A DNA stretch of 64,000 bases from Felis catus (lineage: Eukaryota). The notes below the pieces were generated by a model. The model was not told the DNA's origin, did no database searches, and saw only the letters and a list, made by a program, of their open reading frames with translations. Position numbers and translations under genes: made by a program. The stretch covers positions 50,284,001-50,348,000 of the forward strand of contig NC_058382.1 in assembly GCF_018350175.1 (NCBI RefSeq), read 5' to 3'. Of the stretch, positions 47,779 to 60,632 are shown piece after piece; position 1 is the first letter of the stretch, and every line of letters starts with the position of its first letter.

Positions 47779-48454
47779 TTCACATTGTTAAACTGCATGT
47801 ATTATTCAAGTTGACTTGAAAATTTAAATTGTGAATTTGCTAATGAAATGCATTCTTTGAAATAAACAAATACATGAGTCATTGTCTGCAATTTGACCAA
47901 GCCAGGCTGTTTCAAAGCTGTGAGATCAATCAGTTCCTTGAAAATCATTGCTAAATTGGATGTATAGAATTGCCTTTTTAATTTTACAGAATTTAATTTC
48001 TTAGTTTAATTACTCTGCATTGCTTAGGTTGTAAAAGGACCTGATGAGTTATTTTTATTTATAGTGCTCCCATTCAGGGTGCTCATAATTATGTTTCAAT
48101 GCAATGGCAATATGCAATCATCTATTTCAGTGTCTTTACGTTTTTTGAAATCAAGCTTTTGCCAGAGGTTAAAGACCTGGTTTTAAAGATAAACTACTAT
48201 TTGCTAAAATGATAAACGAGGAAATTTTCACATAGGCACATTACAAAATCATCACATCTGGGTGCAGTTATAATTTCTATTTGGCAAAGTCATCCAGTTT
48301 GAGAATTGTTAAGTATTTATTGAGTACCTTCTGTGTACCATGCTTGGAAATGTAGAAATTTGATGTTTTCAAGAATCCAAAAGAAAGTCTACTCTTATTT
48401 AGGAGGTGCTTTGTGAGTATTGTAACAGTCAGGCCATGTAAAGATACATTTCAG

Positions 48455-49000
48455 ATTCTTTAACTTGGCTTAGAAAGACCTTTCATGGCCTCCCCGTCCA
48501 GTCCCAGACTGATCTCTCCCTTGAGCCCATCCCCTGTGACAGCTGTCCTGACCTTATTTCAGTTTCTCAAAACACCTTGCTCTCTCTCACTTCTGATCTT
48601 TTCCCTTGCTCATCCCTCTGCCTGTCTTGATCTCCATTCCTGCTCCCACATTGTCACCTTCCTGCCGAACCAAGTCCACGTCATCTTTCAGACACAAGCT
48701 TAAATGTGGTCTTACTCATTTAATGATACCCAACAGATATTTATTAAATACATTATCTGTTCCCACTTGACTAGGTTAGGTGATCTTGCTACTTGTTCTT
48801 ATATCCTCTTCCCATTCTATTATAGTACTTATCAACTACCGCTCTAATTTCTTATTTAATTTACCTGTCTCCCTTGCAGGATATTTATCTCAGAGAAGGC
48901 CAGACAATGACTATGTTATTTCTCCTTTAAATTCTGCCACCTGTCACCAAGACCTCTCTGTAATAGATGCTCTTAAACATTTGGGTAAATCAATCATGGA
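48455..49000 (+). mobile_element. L2 fragment
   Basis: ccttatttcagtttctcaaaacacc...tcagacacaagcttaaatgt...atagatgctcttaaacatttg. Confidence 0.6.
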
Positions 49001-51024
49001 ACAAATCAGACTCAATCATGGATCACAAAATACTTTAACAAGTATTATAGAAGAAGCAAGGAGTGCAAGTGGGGCAGAGTCCTCAGCTTGTTAAAAATAA
49101 CATAGCCTGTCCTGGCTTTCAGCACGGAGGACCAGCACAGGCTGGGCAAACTGTCAGAGCTTATGAAGAAGCTGTGTCCTTATGTAAAGTGAGCCTGGTA
49201 TGACCATTGGGCTCTTCAGAGGGAAAGACCATAGCATTTCACTCTTTTAGAGTGTGCGTATGACACTTCGCTTCAAAGTTGATGCATCAAATGGTCTTCA
49301 TGTTGAAAGAACTCCCAACAAAGCATTAGCAATCTGCACAGCCAATTCATAGCACAGCAGCTCAAGAGTTGCTGAATATACTTTGCTTGGTTAACACAGT
49401 TGATCTGCCTGGAAGTTTACTAGAGTTAGCACTCAGAAGACATGTATTTTACATTAATGAAATCAAGAATTGTAAAGAGCCCTCAGGTCAGAAGTGATGC
49501 ATGCAAAGATAGAAATGTAGCATTAGAAGTTATATATTTATATATATGAAAGAAGTAATTGTCAATTTGTTAACTGTAATTTCCCACTTGGTTTAAGGGA
49601 GATTTTCCTTACTCCCTTCTTCAGTCTGTGAACCAGAGCCCTTCTGGTGGTCACTGTGAGCGGGTCTGTGCTCTGTGGCCACACATGGTTTTCTGCATTC
49701 TTAAACATCCTTTCCCTTCCTGCCTTCCTTCCACTCCTCATGCCAAATGCTTTCATCTTTCAACCCAGTTGTTTTGTCAATATTATCAGAGCGACAAGTC
49801 ATATCCTGAAGACTGTCAAATTTATTTATTTACAACAGATTTTTGCAAGGTCTCTGAAGTCTGAGGGTGAAGGAGAAGACTGCTAATGACTTGTCAGAAG
49901 GATAGTTAACCAAATTAAATAGAGTTTTGTAAGTTTTAATGTAGAACCCCCCATCAGGTGATGCTGAGCAAGGCATGGCTTTCCAGCAGAGGTGGTGGAC
50001 GGTGAGCACATCCTAAGACTAGGCTACTTGGGAGGAGCTCAAGCAGAGAACCCCACCTACCATTTTTCATTTCCTTATGTAAACCAACTATTGATGCTTT
50101 GAGGAATAGAATACCAATTAGAACATTTGGGGCATGAAGGTATTTAGTGGGTGAAGAAACAAAACTATCATCATCAGTTCTGTTGCTTACAGAAAATTAG
50201 CAGGTAGCCTAGAGAATGAGAGCTGATGAATATTGTGCATTCATGAACCCAGTTCCCCAGGGTGCAACAAGAAAACATGTTCATCTCTGAAAGCAGGCAT
50301 AGCTTCCAGACATTTCAGCACTTACTTTTAAAATTGTGGAAATAACTCTTGCTTTAAATATGAATCAGAGCTGAATCTGGGTAATAATTTCCTTCTCTGG
50401 TTTGGGTTGCCTTGAATTCTCAATTCAAAACTGTATTACATTGAGTAGAAACATAAAGAAATCAAACAATTGTTCACATACATTTTTTGACAGATATAAA
50501 GCCAGTTTATACTTTACTTTTATGAATGACAATTCAGAGAGGTTTACAGGTGATTTGATCACCTAAGCCAGTTTACATAAATGCAATATGAGGAGGGGTT
50601 TCTATTACCAAATTGGACAAGGTTCATCTTTGAGTTTGCATAAAGTGTTCTGCAAATTGTTCTGTTTTGTAACTCTGTACCAGAGGATTCTCAACACAGG
50701 ATCTTTATTGGATTTACTTTCTCTAAGTGGGAAATGATTGATGGCCCTGAATGAAGAAATCAGTGTGAAAGATCAGCATCAGTGAGCAGAAACTGGCTTC
50801 ACAGTGACTTGCCTTGTCAGAAGCCAAAAATTATAAATCCGTGATAGTTAAAATGGTGTGATGCTGGCATAAATAGGTCAGTGAAGCAACCTACATAGTT
50901 GTTAAATAGACTTTGATGTGATGCATACAATAAAATGAAAAGGAATAGATTATTTAAAAAAATCATTGGGATAATTAGCTCTATAAAGAGCATGCACGTG
51001 CACACACACACATCTTAGAATTAC

Positions 51025-51144
51025 TTGTTTGTTTTTATTTAAGTAGGATTCATGCCTGTCACAGAGCCCGGTGCTGTACTTGAACTCATGACCCTGACAT
51101 CAAGAGTCAGATACTTAACCAATTGAGCCACCCAGGCACCCCCC
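51025..51144 (-). mobile_element. Older Can-SINE
   Basis: ttaagtaggattcatgcc...catgaccctgacatcaagagtcag...gagccacccaggcacccc. Confidence 0.85.
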
Positions 51145-51327
51145 ATTTTAGAATTTTCATCGAACCTCACATGACAAAAAAATATTTTGAGTTTTAAGGT
51201 CTATACTTACATTTATACTTAAACCTTTGATATCATAAAAAACCTACAAATAAATTAGGCCAATAAATCAGGAAGGTATTTCTAATTTAAAAAAAAATCC
51301 CTGGAAGAAATAATAAAACAAGCCCTA

Positions 51328-51532
51328 GGGGCGCCTGGGTGGCTCAGTCGGTTAAGTGTCCGACTCCGGCTCAGGTCACGAACTCGTGATTCACAGGTTT
51401 GGGCCCCGCGTCGGGCTCTGTGCTGACATCTCAGAGCCTGGAATCTGCTTCAGATTCTGTGTCTCCCTTTTTCTCTGCCCCTGTCCTGCTCACGCTCTTG
51501 CTCTCTCTCTCTTTCAAAAAAAAAAAAAAAAG
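51328..51532 (+). mobile_element. Can-SINE
   Basis: TSD aacaagccctag (51317 / 51533). Confidence 0.95.
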
Positions 51533-51677
51533 AACAAGCCCTAGTATACTTAGCCTTATAAAGTGTATCTTCCGTACATCACAGGCACTGTACAAAGTTA
51601 AAGATCAAATGCCAAACTAAGAAAAAACATTTGCAACTATTATGACAATAGTAGATAATGGAGAGAGATTTAAAATA

Positions 51678-51919
51678 CAGGAAAACCTTGGATTTCAGGT
51701 AACTTGTTTTGCGAGTGTTCTCCAAGACCAAGCAAATGGTTCTAATAAATTTTAACTTAAAAAACAAGCGATATCTTGCAATACGGGTAGTACATGATGC
51801 CGAATGTCACATGATCACAACTGAGCCAGTGGTTCTTGAAATGCGCTGTGATATATGAGTGCTTTGGAATATAAACATGTTTCCAGGACACATTCTGCTC
51901 GCAAACCAAGGTTTTGCTG
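51678..51919. mobile_element. Tc1/mariner (Tigger-type) MITE
   Basis: TIRs caggaaaaccttgg / ccaaggttttgctg flanked by TA on both sides. Confidence 0.8.
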
Positions 51920-52154
51920 TATACATATGTCATACAAATCTTGAGGGGAAAAAAAAGTGTAAAAACAAAGTAAAAATAAGAAAATGGCATGGAGGGATAT
52001 TTTAAGGGAAAATGAGATACTCAATAAAAGTTAGAAAAGGTAAATTAGCCAGTAATAAAAAATGTATCAGTTAAATACCAGGCTATAATGCACACTCAGA
52101 ATCTTTCTGAAGATGTAGTGAATCATGAGGCAGTGAGAGGAGAAGCATACTTAT

Positions 52155-52425
52155 TAGCCTGGCTCCACCCTTGCCAACTCACTTGGCTTGAGTGTGCTCT
52201 TTAGTGGATGGTCACAGCACCTGCCGACTCTCACTCCGCAGTGATTTCTTTGGTGTCAGACAACCACTTGGCCTTTTGCCCTGATAGAAGAGGTGGCATC
52301 AGTTTCTTACGTGGTTAGCCTTAGAGTACCATGCTTTGTTGGTTGTCTGTAACATTTTCCCACGTCTTTGTAAAGGGCGCCTCAGTTACCCCGTTAAGTT
52401 TGGCAACAGTTTCCTGTTAGGATAT
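52155..52425 (+). mobile_element. ERV-L LTR fragment (LTR33/LTR41 group)
   Basis: ccacgtctttgtaaa...cagttacccc...agtttcctgttagga LTR 3' end pattern. Confidence 0.45.
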
Positions 52426-52739
52426 ACCAGGATAAATATTCCAGTTTGAGTTCCTTCACAGGCTCTATGCCCTTAACTAGAAAATTTTAAATGGATTTTA
52501 ATTTAAATGTTAAATGAACAAAAAGATTTATTTTCCATCACATCAATTTCTTTTTAATACAAACAATAGAAAAGGAGCTTTTACTACTCATTACTAACAG
52601 TTTGTATTAATTTATGATTATTAACATTTTAATCTGGCATTGCTAATTCAGAAAAACATTTTCTCTTTAGAGTAAATTTAAATGAAGCAAAACTAACCAT
52701 TATTAATATGTATTTGGGAAATAAACGTCTTTATTTTCA

Positions 52740-55590
52740 CTAACACCACAAAGCAAAGATGAACATTCACTAAGTAACTAGACAACGCAACAATGACAGA
52801 GAAGAGCATCATTCAACTAGGAAGTTTGTAAAAGCACTTCAATACAGCAAAAATGAGCAAGAAAAATATGAAGTCAGCGTATATCAATTGAAAATTCCTT
52901 TTGAAAAAAGTGATAAAATAGAAATAAACTATACTAACAAAATGGAATTAAATATAGTCACAAGACCATTTAACAATACAAAAAACACTTGATTCATAAA
53001 TTCAGAAGCTTAGAATAGGAATGGACAACAACAGATGAAACTCAGGAAGAAAGAGAGTTTACTGAACAGAGGAAAGAGGTGGAAGAAAAAGACAGAATGA
53101 TGTCACAGATAATAAATTACAAAACGTCCAAGGAAGAAATGACTGAAGTTAAACTTTCATTATTAGCATTGCAGAAAGGCAGGACAGGAAGCAAAAGAAG
53201 AAAAATGAAATTTTAAAAAAGGAATAAAAAGGATGAAGAGGAAAGTAGTGGGAATGGAAGACAGGAAAAGAAGGAATAACATTCATATTATTTTAGTTCC
53301 TGCAGAAGAAAACAAAATGATGCAACAGAAATATTTAAAACTTTAAGGGACTTTCCACACTTTTATTCACATGAACCCATGCACTCCAGTGTTCTATGTA
53401 TGTATATATACACATTGTGTATCATGCATATATACACATATGCACATATGTGCATCCACACACATCTTCTAAAGTTCTCATATTTCATAAGAGACGTAGT
53501 GATATTTCCACTAAGAACAAAGCAGTTACCCACGATGTCTGCTGGTAATCAGCACTTTAAGGCAAATATTAATCAATATTTGATCAAGAGAAATGACTCA
53601 GGTAATGAGAATAGGTAAAACAGGTAAGGAGGGAGTAAAACTTTTTTTTTCCTTTTTGCAGCTGACATGAATGTATATCTGGAAAAGTAAGGAAATTAAG
53701 GAATCACTGATGAAACTAAAAATATCCAAGAAGTTACAGGATATGTCATTAACATGCAAAAATAATAGAAGCAGAGTACCAATTGAGGAAAGGTTTGAAA
53801 TATTTCTGAAGGATACAAAAGTAGACTTGAACAAATGGGAAAACATCTCTTTTTCTTAGAATAAGTTAATGTTACAATGATGTTAGCCCTGGCCAGCTTA
53901 TTTTCTGAATTTTAACTCCACACCTGCCAAAAAGAAAACTAAGCAGTCATTTTTCTTGGAGTCAGACTAATGGGCACTGAACTTTGTATAGAAATAAGAA
54001 ACTGTAGGAACAGCAATGAAAATGATGAAAAACTATGAGGGGAACAAGCCCTACCAGGTATTACTATGAATTCTCTGTAACTCAAATAGTTTGGTACTGG
54101 TGCATGGACAGACAAATAGAATTGTGCACTAGAACAGAAAGTCAAGAAATAGACCCAAATACGTATGGAAATTTAGTATGTGATAAATACAGCAGATGAA
54201 CTTTGTAATAAGCAGTGCTTCAAAACTGAGTACATGTTTACAGAAAGAAAATTAATTCATGATAAATAGAATGCATTACTCTCCCAAAATATGAACCAAA
54301 AGAGCATAAGGAATAAATTATAGTGTCACATAAAACATAATTTAGAATAAAATGTCAGAAAGGAGAGACAATGATGTTGCTTACTGATCAATGTTATAGG
54401 ACATCAAGAAGTAAATATTGGTATGTAACATTGTAGACAGTATAACATGTGCACACAAATGTATTCCTAAATTCAAGCATATATAAATGAGAGAGAAGAA
54501 AGGATTCGTACTGTAGGATGCTATATAATAATTGTAGAAGGATTGGTGGTGTTAAAAAAATCACCAGGTTCAACCATCATAGTGATAATTTGTTCAGGCC
54601 ATAAATAATGATGGATTAAGGCTGAAAAATAGTGGGTGAAATTTAGATGAAAAACAGGATATTTTTGTGGTTTCAAATATCTTCACAAAAAGTGCTCATT
54701 AAATTACAACAGGTAGACGTCATTCTACTCAAGTGGTCAAGGTTAACATCACCAATGTAGAGAAAAACCATCATTTGATTCATGATATGTTGCACCTCTG
54801 TGGTATTCCTGCTACAAATGCATAAGCTTGACCTAATCATAAGGAAACATCAAATAAACCCAAGCGGAGGAACGTATTATACAAAATAACTGGCCTAAAT
54901 CCCCCCCCCCATGACAATGTCATGAAAAGTAAAAAAAAAACGTTAAGGAATGTTTAAGATTACAGGTGAATAAAGAATTATGACAAATAAATGCAATAAA
55001 TGTGTGATCCTAAATTGGCCCTTAGGCTAGAGAGATTATCTAAAGAGCAGTTAATTGTGACAACTTGTGAAATCAGAACATGGACTGCATATTGATCACC
55101 AGTATTTATTCATTGTTAATTTCATGATTTTTACAATGTTTGTGGATATTTTTTTTAAATGTTTATTTTTGAGAGAGACACAGTGAGAGCGTGAGGGGGG
55201 AGGGACAGAGAGAGAGGGAGACACAGAATCCATAGCAGGCTCCTGGCTCTGAGCTGTCAGCACAGAACCTGATGTGGGGCTTGAGCTCACAAACCATGAG
55301 ATCATGACCTGAGCCGAAGTCAGACGCTTAACTGACTGAGCCAACCAGGTGCCCAATGTTTGTGAGTATTTAAGAAAATATTCTTGTTAGAGAATAAACA
55401 TTGAAGTGTTTATAGGTAAAAGAACAATGTGTGCAAACTCTCAGATGGTTCAGAAAAAAAATCATGAATATGTGTGTGTGCATGCTGTGCACATTTGCAC
55501 ATATATAGAGATAGAAAAGAGGAAGAGAGAGATGGAGAGAATAAAGAAATGTGGCAAATATTAACAGTTAGTGAATCCGGCGAAGGGAAT
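52740..55590 (+). mobile_element. Ancient L1/HAL1 fragments (ORF1-like, ORF2, L1MC-like 3' UTR)
   Basis: MEDRKRRNNIHIILVP (cf. EDRSRRNNIRIIGVPE) at ~53255; gaaatagacccaaatacgtatggaaatttag; aggaaacatcaaataaaccc. Confidence 0.65.
55148..55354 (-). mobile_element. Can-SINE
   Basis: TSD caatgtttgtg. Confidence 0.95.
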
Positions 55591-55591
55591 G

Positions 55592-55760
55592 TAGGGTGGC
55601 TAGATAAAATTCAGGAAACCCTGTTAAATTGGGATTTCAAATATAAAAAAAAAATTTTAGGGTAAATATCAAATATTGCTGTGACCTCCTTATACTAAAT
55701 AAATTATTTGTTGTTTATTGGAAACTCATGTTTAATTGAATGCCCTCTCTTTCATACCAA
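55592..55760. mobile_element. MER53-like hAT relic
   Basis: tagggtggctagataaaattcagga...gttaaattgggatttcaaat...tttgttgtttattggaaactcatgtttaatt palindromic MER53 pattern. Confidence 0.65.
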
Positions 55761-56034
55761 CTCTCCCTCTCTCTCTCACTTGCCAACTCTGACAGCTCCT
55801 TCTACTGCCATTAATTTGTAAATATGAAATATTAGCTAGCTGAGAGGATAAATAATCTGTATAATATCCCCATAGATTCTCTTATGTTTTAAATTATTTC
55901 AAAGTAAAAAGAGTAATATGGGCTCCTGAAATTCTAATTTCTGTTAACTAATTTACATATGTTTTAGAAGGCGAGGGGCAGAAATGAACTTGGCAAAATT
56001 TTTTCGAAGTTTGTGTTTTTAAAATTTATGTATA

Positions 56035-56251
56035 TATATTTAAAGTTTATTTATCTATTTTGAGAGAGAGAGAAAGCATGTGTGAGTGTGGAGGGAAGGG
56101 GCAGAAAGAGAGGGAGAGGGAGAATCCCAAGCAGGCTCCACACTGTCAGCACAGAGCCCAGTGCAAGGCTCGAACTCAGAAACCATGAGATCATGACCCG
56201 AGGTGAAATCAAGAGTCAGATGCTTAACTGACTGAGCATCCCAGCCACCCC
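56035..56251 (-). mobile_element. Can-SINE
   Basis: Full body. Confidence 0.9.
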
Positions 56252-56257
56252 TATATT

Positions 56258-57370
56258 TTTAAATGTTTTAATTGAATAGGTGATGCATAATATTACATTA
56301 GTTTCTAGTGTACATAGTTGATTTAACAATTCTTTGTTTCTCATGCTCACCACAGTAAGCGTAGTCTCTGTCACCAAACGAAATTACTACAGTATTATTG
56401 ACTGTATTCTCTATATTGTACTTTTCATCTCTGTGACTTACTTATTTTATAACTGGAAGTTTGTACCTCTTTATCCCCTTAATCTGTTTTGCCCATCCCC
56501 CATTCCCCTCCCCTCTGACAACCACTGATTTGTTCTCTGTGTTTATGAGTTTATTTCTTTTGTTTGCTTGCTTTTTTGTTTCTTGGTTTTTTTTTTTAGA
56601 TATCATATATAAGTGGCATTATATGGTATTTTCTTTCTTTGACTTATTTCTTTTAGCATAATACTCTCTAGGTTTATCCATGTTGTTGCAAATGGCAAGA
56701 TCTCATTCTTTTTTATGGCTGAGTAAATAGTCCATTGTATGTGTGTGTGTGTGTGTGTGTGTATGTGTGTGTTTGTGTACGTGTGTGTGTGTATACACAC
56801 GTACACAGACACATCTTCTTGATCACTTCATCTGTTGATGGACACAGTTTGCTTTCATATCTTGGCTATTGTAAATAATGCTATAGTAAGAATAGGGATA
56901 CTTACTGTCTTTTCAAATTAGTGTTTTCATTTTCTTTGGATAAATCTCCAAAAGTGGAATTACTGCATCATGCATATTTTTAATTTTTTGAGGAACTTCC
57001 ATACTGTTTTCCATAGTGGCTCTCTCAGTTTGCATTCCCACCAACAGAGCATGAGGATTGTTTTTTTCTCCACATCCTCAGTAACACTTGTTTCTTGTGT
57101 TGTTGATTTTAGCCATTCTGAATGGTGTGATGTGATAACTCATTGTAGTTTTCATTTGCATTTCCCTGGTGGTGAGTGATATTGAGCATCTTTTCATGTG
57201 TTTGTTGTCCATCTGTATGTCTTCTTTGGAAAAATGTCTGTTCAGGTCCTCTACTCATTTTTAAATTAGGTTATTTATAGGTGTTTTGGTGTTGGGTTCT
57301 CTATATATTTTGGATATTAACCCCTTATCAGATATGTCATTTGTAAATACCTTCTCCCATTCAGTAGGCT
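56258..57370 (-). mobile_element. L1 3' region (L1MA9/carnivore-like) with internal (GT)n at ~56738-56800
   Basis: ORF 56603..56812(-) YSAIKKNEILPFATTWINLESIML matches the L1 ORF2 C-terminus. Confidence 0.9.
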
Positions 57371-57421
57371 TCTGAAGTAGGCACATTTTTTAGGCATTCT
57401 CATAAAAAGATATATTTGCAT

Positions 57422-57545
57422 ATTAAAAAAATGTTTTTATTTATTTTTGAGAGAGGGAGAGGGGGTAGGGAGAGAGAAAGAGTGAGAGAGTGAGTCAGAG
57501 AAAGAGGGAGACACAGAATCCGAAGCAGGCTCCAGGTTCTGAGCT
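57422..57545 (-). mobile_element. 5'-truncated Can-SINE
   Basis: gagacacagaatccgaagcaggctccaggttctgagct then abrupt end. Confidence 0.9.
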
Positions 57546-57941
57546 ATGAAAACAAATAACCATATTAGGGAATTACTACTATATCTATTATACTGAGAAT
57601 AAATAAAGCTAATTAATTTTTCTAAGGTATTACAATTTAGCAAGATCCCCATAGCATATTGTCAAAGATAACCTTTAAAACAGTAAATGAAATATCAAAT
57701 ATATTTCCATGAGTTGATTTTTTTCACTGATTCTTCCATCAGCCAATATAATCCATAGACAATTATTAAAAATATTTTTATATTCGGAACTATGTCAATT
57801 AATATATTAAGTATTAAAGCTGTCTCTCAGGTAAACTTAGTTTTCTGAATCTGTAACTATAATAATTATTTAACAGACCTTTCCACCTAAATTCATTGAA
57901 GTATAATTTAAAAACTCTCATATCAACAGAATAGAAATTAA

Positions 57942-58031
57942 GCATGGTGAATCACTGAATTCTACTCCTGAAACCAATATTACACTGTATGTTAACTAAC
58001 TAGAATTTAAATAAAAATTTGGGGGAAAAAT
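57942..58031 (+). mobile_element. Short carnivore L1 3' end
   Basis: gaatcactgaattctactcctgaaaccaatattacactgtatgttaactaac; TSD aatagaaattaa (57930 / 58032). Confidence 0.85.
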
Positions 58032-58719
58032 AATAGAAATTAAACAAAATTATCAAAAACGTTTAAGAAATACTTTTCAAAGGCTAGTAATATTAACTGA
58101 AATTTAAAAAAATGGAATATGAATTTATTTACACAACCTGTGTTTCAGTAGGAATTAATATGGCTATATCATCCTTTATAAGATTATGTTAAATAATCAT
58201 TTTGTTCTCTGAGAGTATTCTACCTACTGCTTCAACTCTTAAATGCTCATTTGTAACTCTAAAGTCAGACATTTGCCTGTGGTGAGAAACCCAGTCTGCT
58301 AATTACTACTATTAATTTGGATGGTGACTTTGCCTTTGTGTATATGAAATATTAGCAGATGTGATAAACAATGCATTTGAATCTAAAAAACTCAGCAAAC
58401 ACATAAATGCTTTTTTCAGTTTTATTTAAATTTGCCCCTGTATCAAAATGTCTGTGTAAATTTTTAAGACAGTAACATTTCTCAGTGTCTCATCTTTTTA
58501 CATAGGGGTGTGTGTGTGTGTATTCTTTTTCCATAGGGAAATGTGATAACTACCTTTTGAAATATCTTCAAAGGTTTGAAAACAGATTTATTTAATATCC
58601 TTTTAAAAATGCAATTATATTTCAAGTTTAAAATTAAGAATCAACTGATTTTTAACTGAGGGAAATGAGACTCTGCTAAAAAGAAATTTGGTTTTAGAGA
58701 GACCTTGGCAGACATCCTC

Positions 58720-59248
58720 TGAGGTGGCTGCCTATAATCTGTTCTTCCCAGTGTTCATGTCTTTGTGTGTTCCCTTCCTTTGAGTTTGAGTAGTCCTGTG
58801 ACTTGGCTTCTAAACAAGAATATGACAAAGGTGATGGATATGACGGCTCACATGGGATGCTCCTTATGTGATTACATTCTGTAAGAGTTCATCTTGCCAG
58901 TATACTTGCTCTGGAGACTCCTTGCTGGCCAATGAAGATAAGCCACCAAACTGACAAAGTCCACAAGGCAATAAACTGGGAGCAGCTATAAACTGGGGAT
59001 GGCCTTGAGGAATTGTAGGCAACTCTTAGAAGATGAGGGAACTTCCAACTGACAGCTGATGATTCTGTGTCTTTAGTTCTACAGATGTAAGGAAATTAAT
59101 TCTGCCTATAATTTGAGTAAGATTATGGAAGTAGTTACTTCCCCATTCTAGCTTCCAGATGAGGAGGCAGCCTGAGGTACACCTTGATTTCAGCTTTGTG
59201 GAACTCCTAAGTGGCAGGTTACCCAGCTAAGCTGACCCACAGAAACTC

Positions 59249-59285
<37 letters not shown>

Positions 59286-59332
59286 CTGCTAATTTGGTGG
59301 TAGTTTTTACCTAGTAATAGACAGCTAATGCA
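58720..59332 (+). mobile_element. MaLR LTR (MLT1E/F-like) with internal (GT)n
   Basis: cctgtgacttggcttctaaacaagaatatgacaaaggtgatgg...aaggaaattaattctgcc...agacagctaatgca. Confidence 0.8.
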
Positions 59333-59571
59333 GATAACTCTCATTTTCTATAATGTTCCCCCAAAGAGTTTAAAATTAGAGAATGTCAAGATGGCTAAAA
59401 AGAAAATAAAGCACATCTTAGCTATAAACCATCAATCTAAAAACTTCTGGAATTTTAAAATATTCAGTACAATTTAAGAGATTTTTGTTAATTATATTTT
59501 GGCTAAAATATTAGGCAAAATAAACTAAAAAGAGCCCACTTTCAAATAATTCCAAACAAGTTTTAATCTTT

Positions 59572-59700
59572 TAAAAATTTTTAAATGTTTTTTAATTTAT
59601 TTTTGAGCGAGAGAGAGAGAGAGTGTGTGAGTGGGTGAGGGGAGGAGAGAGAGGGAGAATTGGAATTGGAAGCAGATTCCAGTCTCTGAGCTGTCAGTAC
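59572..59700 (-). mobile_element. 5'-truncated Can-SINE
   Basis: gaagcagattccagtctctgagctgtcagtac; TSD agttttaa. Confidence 0.85.
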
Positions 59701-60444
59701 AGTTTTAACATCTTAATTAGAATTTTGGGAAAATTACTAATTTTCAAATGGTTGATAGAGTATTAGACAATTTCTGTTATGGTTTTATGGAAGAACTCAA
59801 AAGAAAGCTTAGTACCTTTAAACTGCAGATAGATTGATAATTGTTAAAAAATATAATGGTTTTGTGTTAACAAGGTATATATTTATAACTCACAATTTCC
59901 TGCTGAAATAATGAGAAACCTCATCCAGAATATGACCTTAATTTTTAAACATTTTTTCAGCATGATTCTATACAAAAGTATATGATAGTTTAATCCAACT
60001 ATTCTTGAAAAATCAGGAAGGGAAAGAGAAGTTAAAATTTACAGAAGACTTACCTGGTATATTGGCAATGATGCCTCTGTATAAATAATTTCAAGTTCTC
60101 CTTTGGGAAACAAAGGGTCTATTTATGAGATGTCAGGCTCATCTGAAGCAGTACTCTTCTTAAATAATCTGTCTTAGTATCCCCATAAGACAGCAGCTAT
60201 TCTTACAAGTTCAAATTCTTTGGAGACTAGTAACTTACAAAATAATGTCTACCAATATCATAATACATTGTCCAATGAGTTGAAATATAAACTGCACATT
60301 CACTCAGTCATCAGTTTATTTGTTAAAAAACCCCACAATCAAGTTCCTTTGTATTCATCAGTCTGATGTACATTTAGATATTGTATTATACTTCCTTATT
60401 CAATACTGAGTTTAGGCCACTAAAGCACCCATCTTACCATTTTA

Positions 60445-60632
60445 TTTTTGGGACAGAGAGAGACAGAGCGTGAACAGGGGAGGGGCAGAGAGAGGGAGAC
60501 ACAGAATCGGAAACAGGCTCCAGGCTCTGAGCCATCAGCCCAGAGCCCGACGCGGGGCTCGAACTCACGGACCGCGAGATCGTGAGCTGGCTGAAGTCGG
60601 ACGCTTAACCGACTGCGCCACCCAGGCGCCCC
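60445..60632 (-). mobile_element. Young SINEC_Fc-type SINE lacking an A tail
   Basis: CpG-rich, close to consensus; TSD catcttaccatttta (60430 / 60635). Confidence 0.95.

Noticed and set aside
53440..53455. 16-bp perfect palindrome atgcacatatgtgcat
   Set aside because: Expected within alternating purine-pyrimidine low-complexity sequence
60054..60100. 47-nt minus-strand exon-like interval with a CAG|gtaagt donor
   Set aside because: Short, not frame-preserving, peptide not recognised, and no other exons to join
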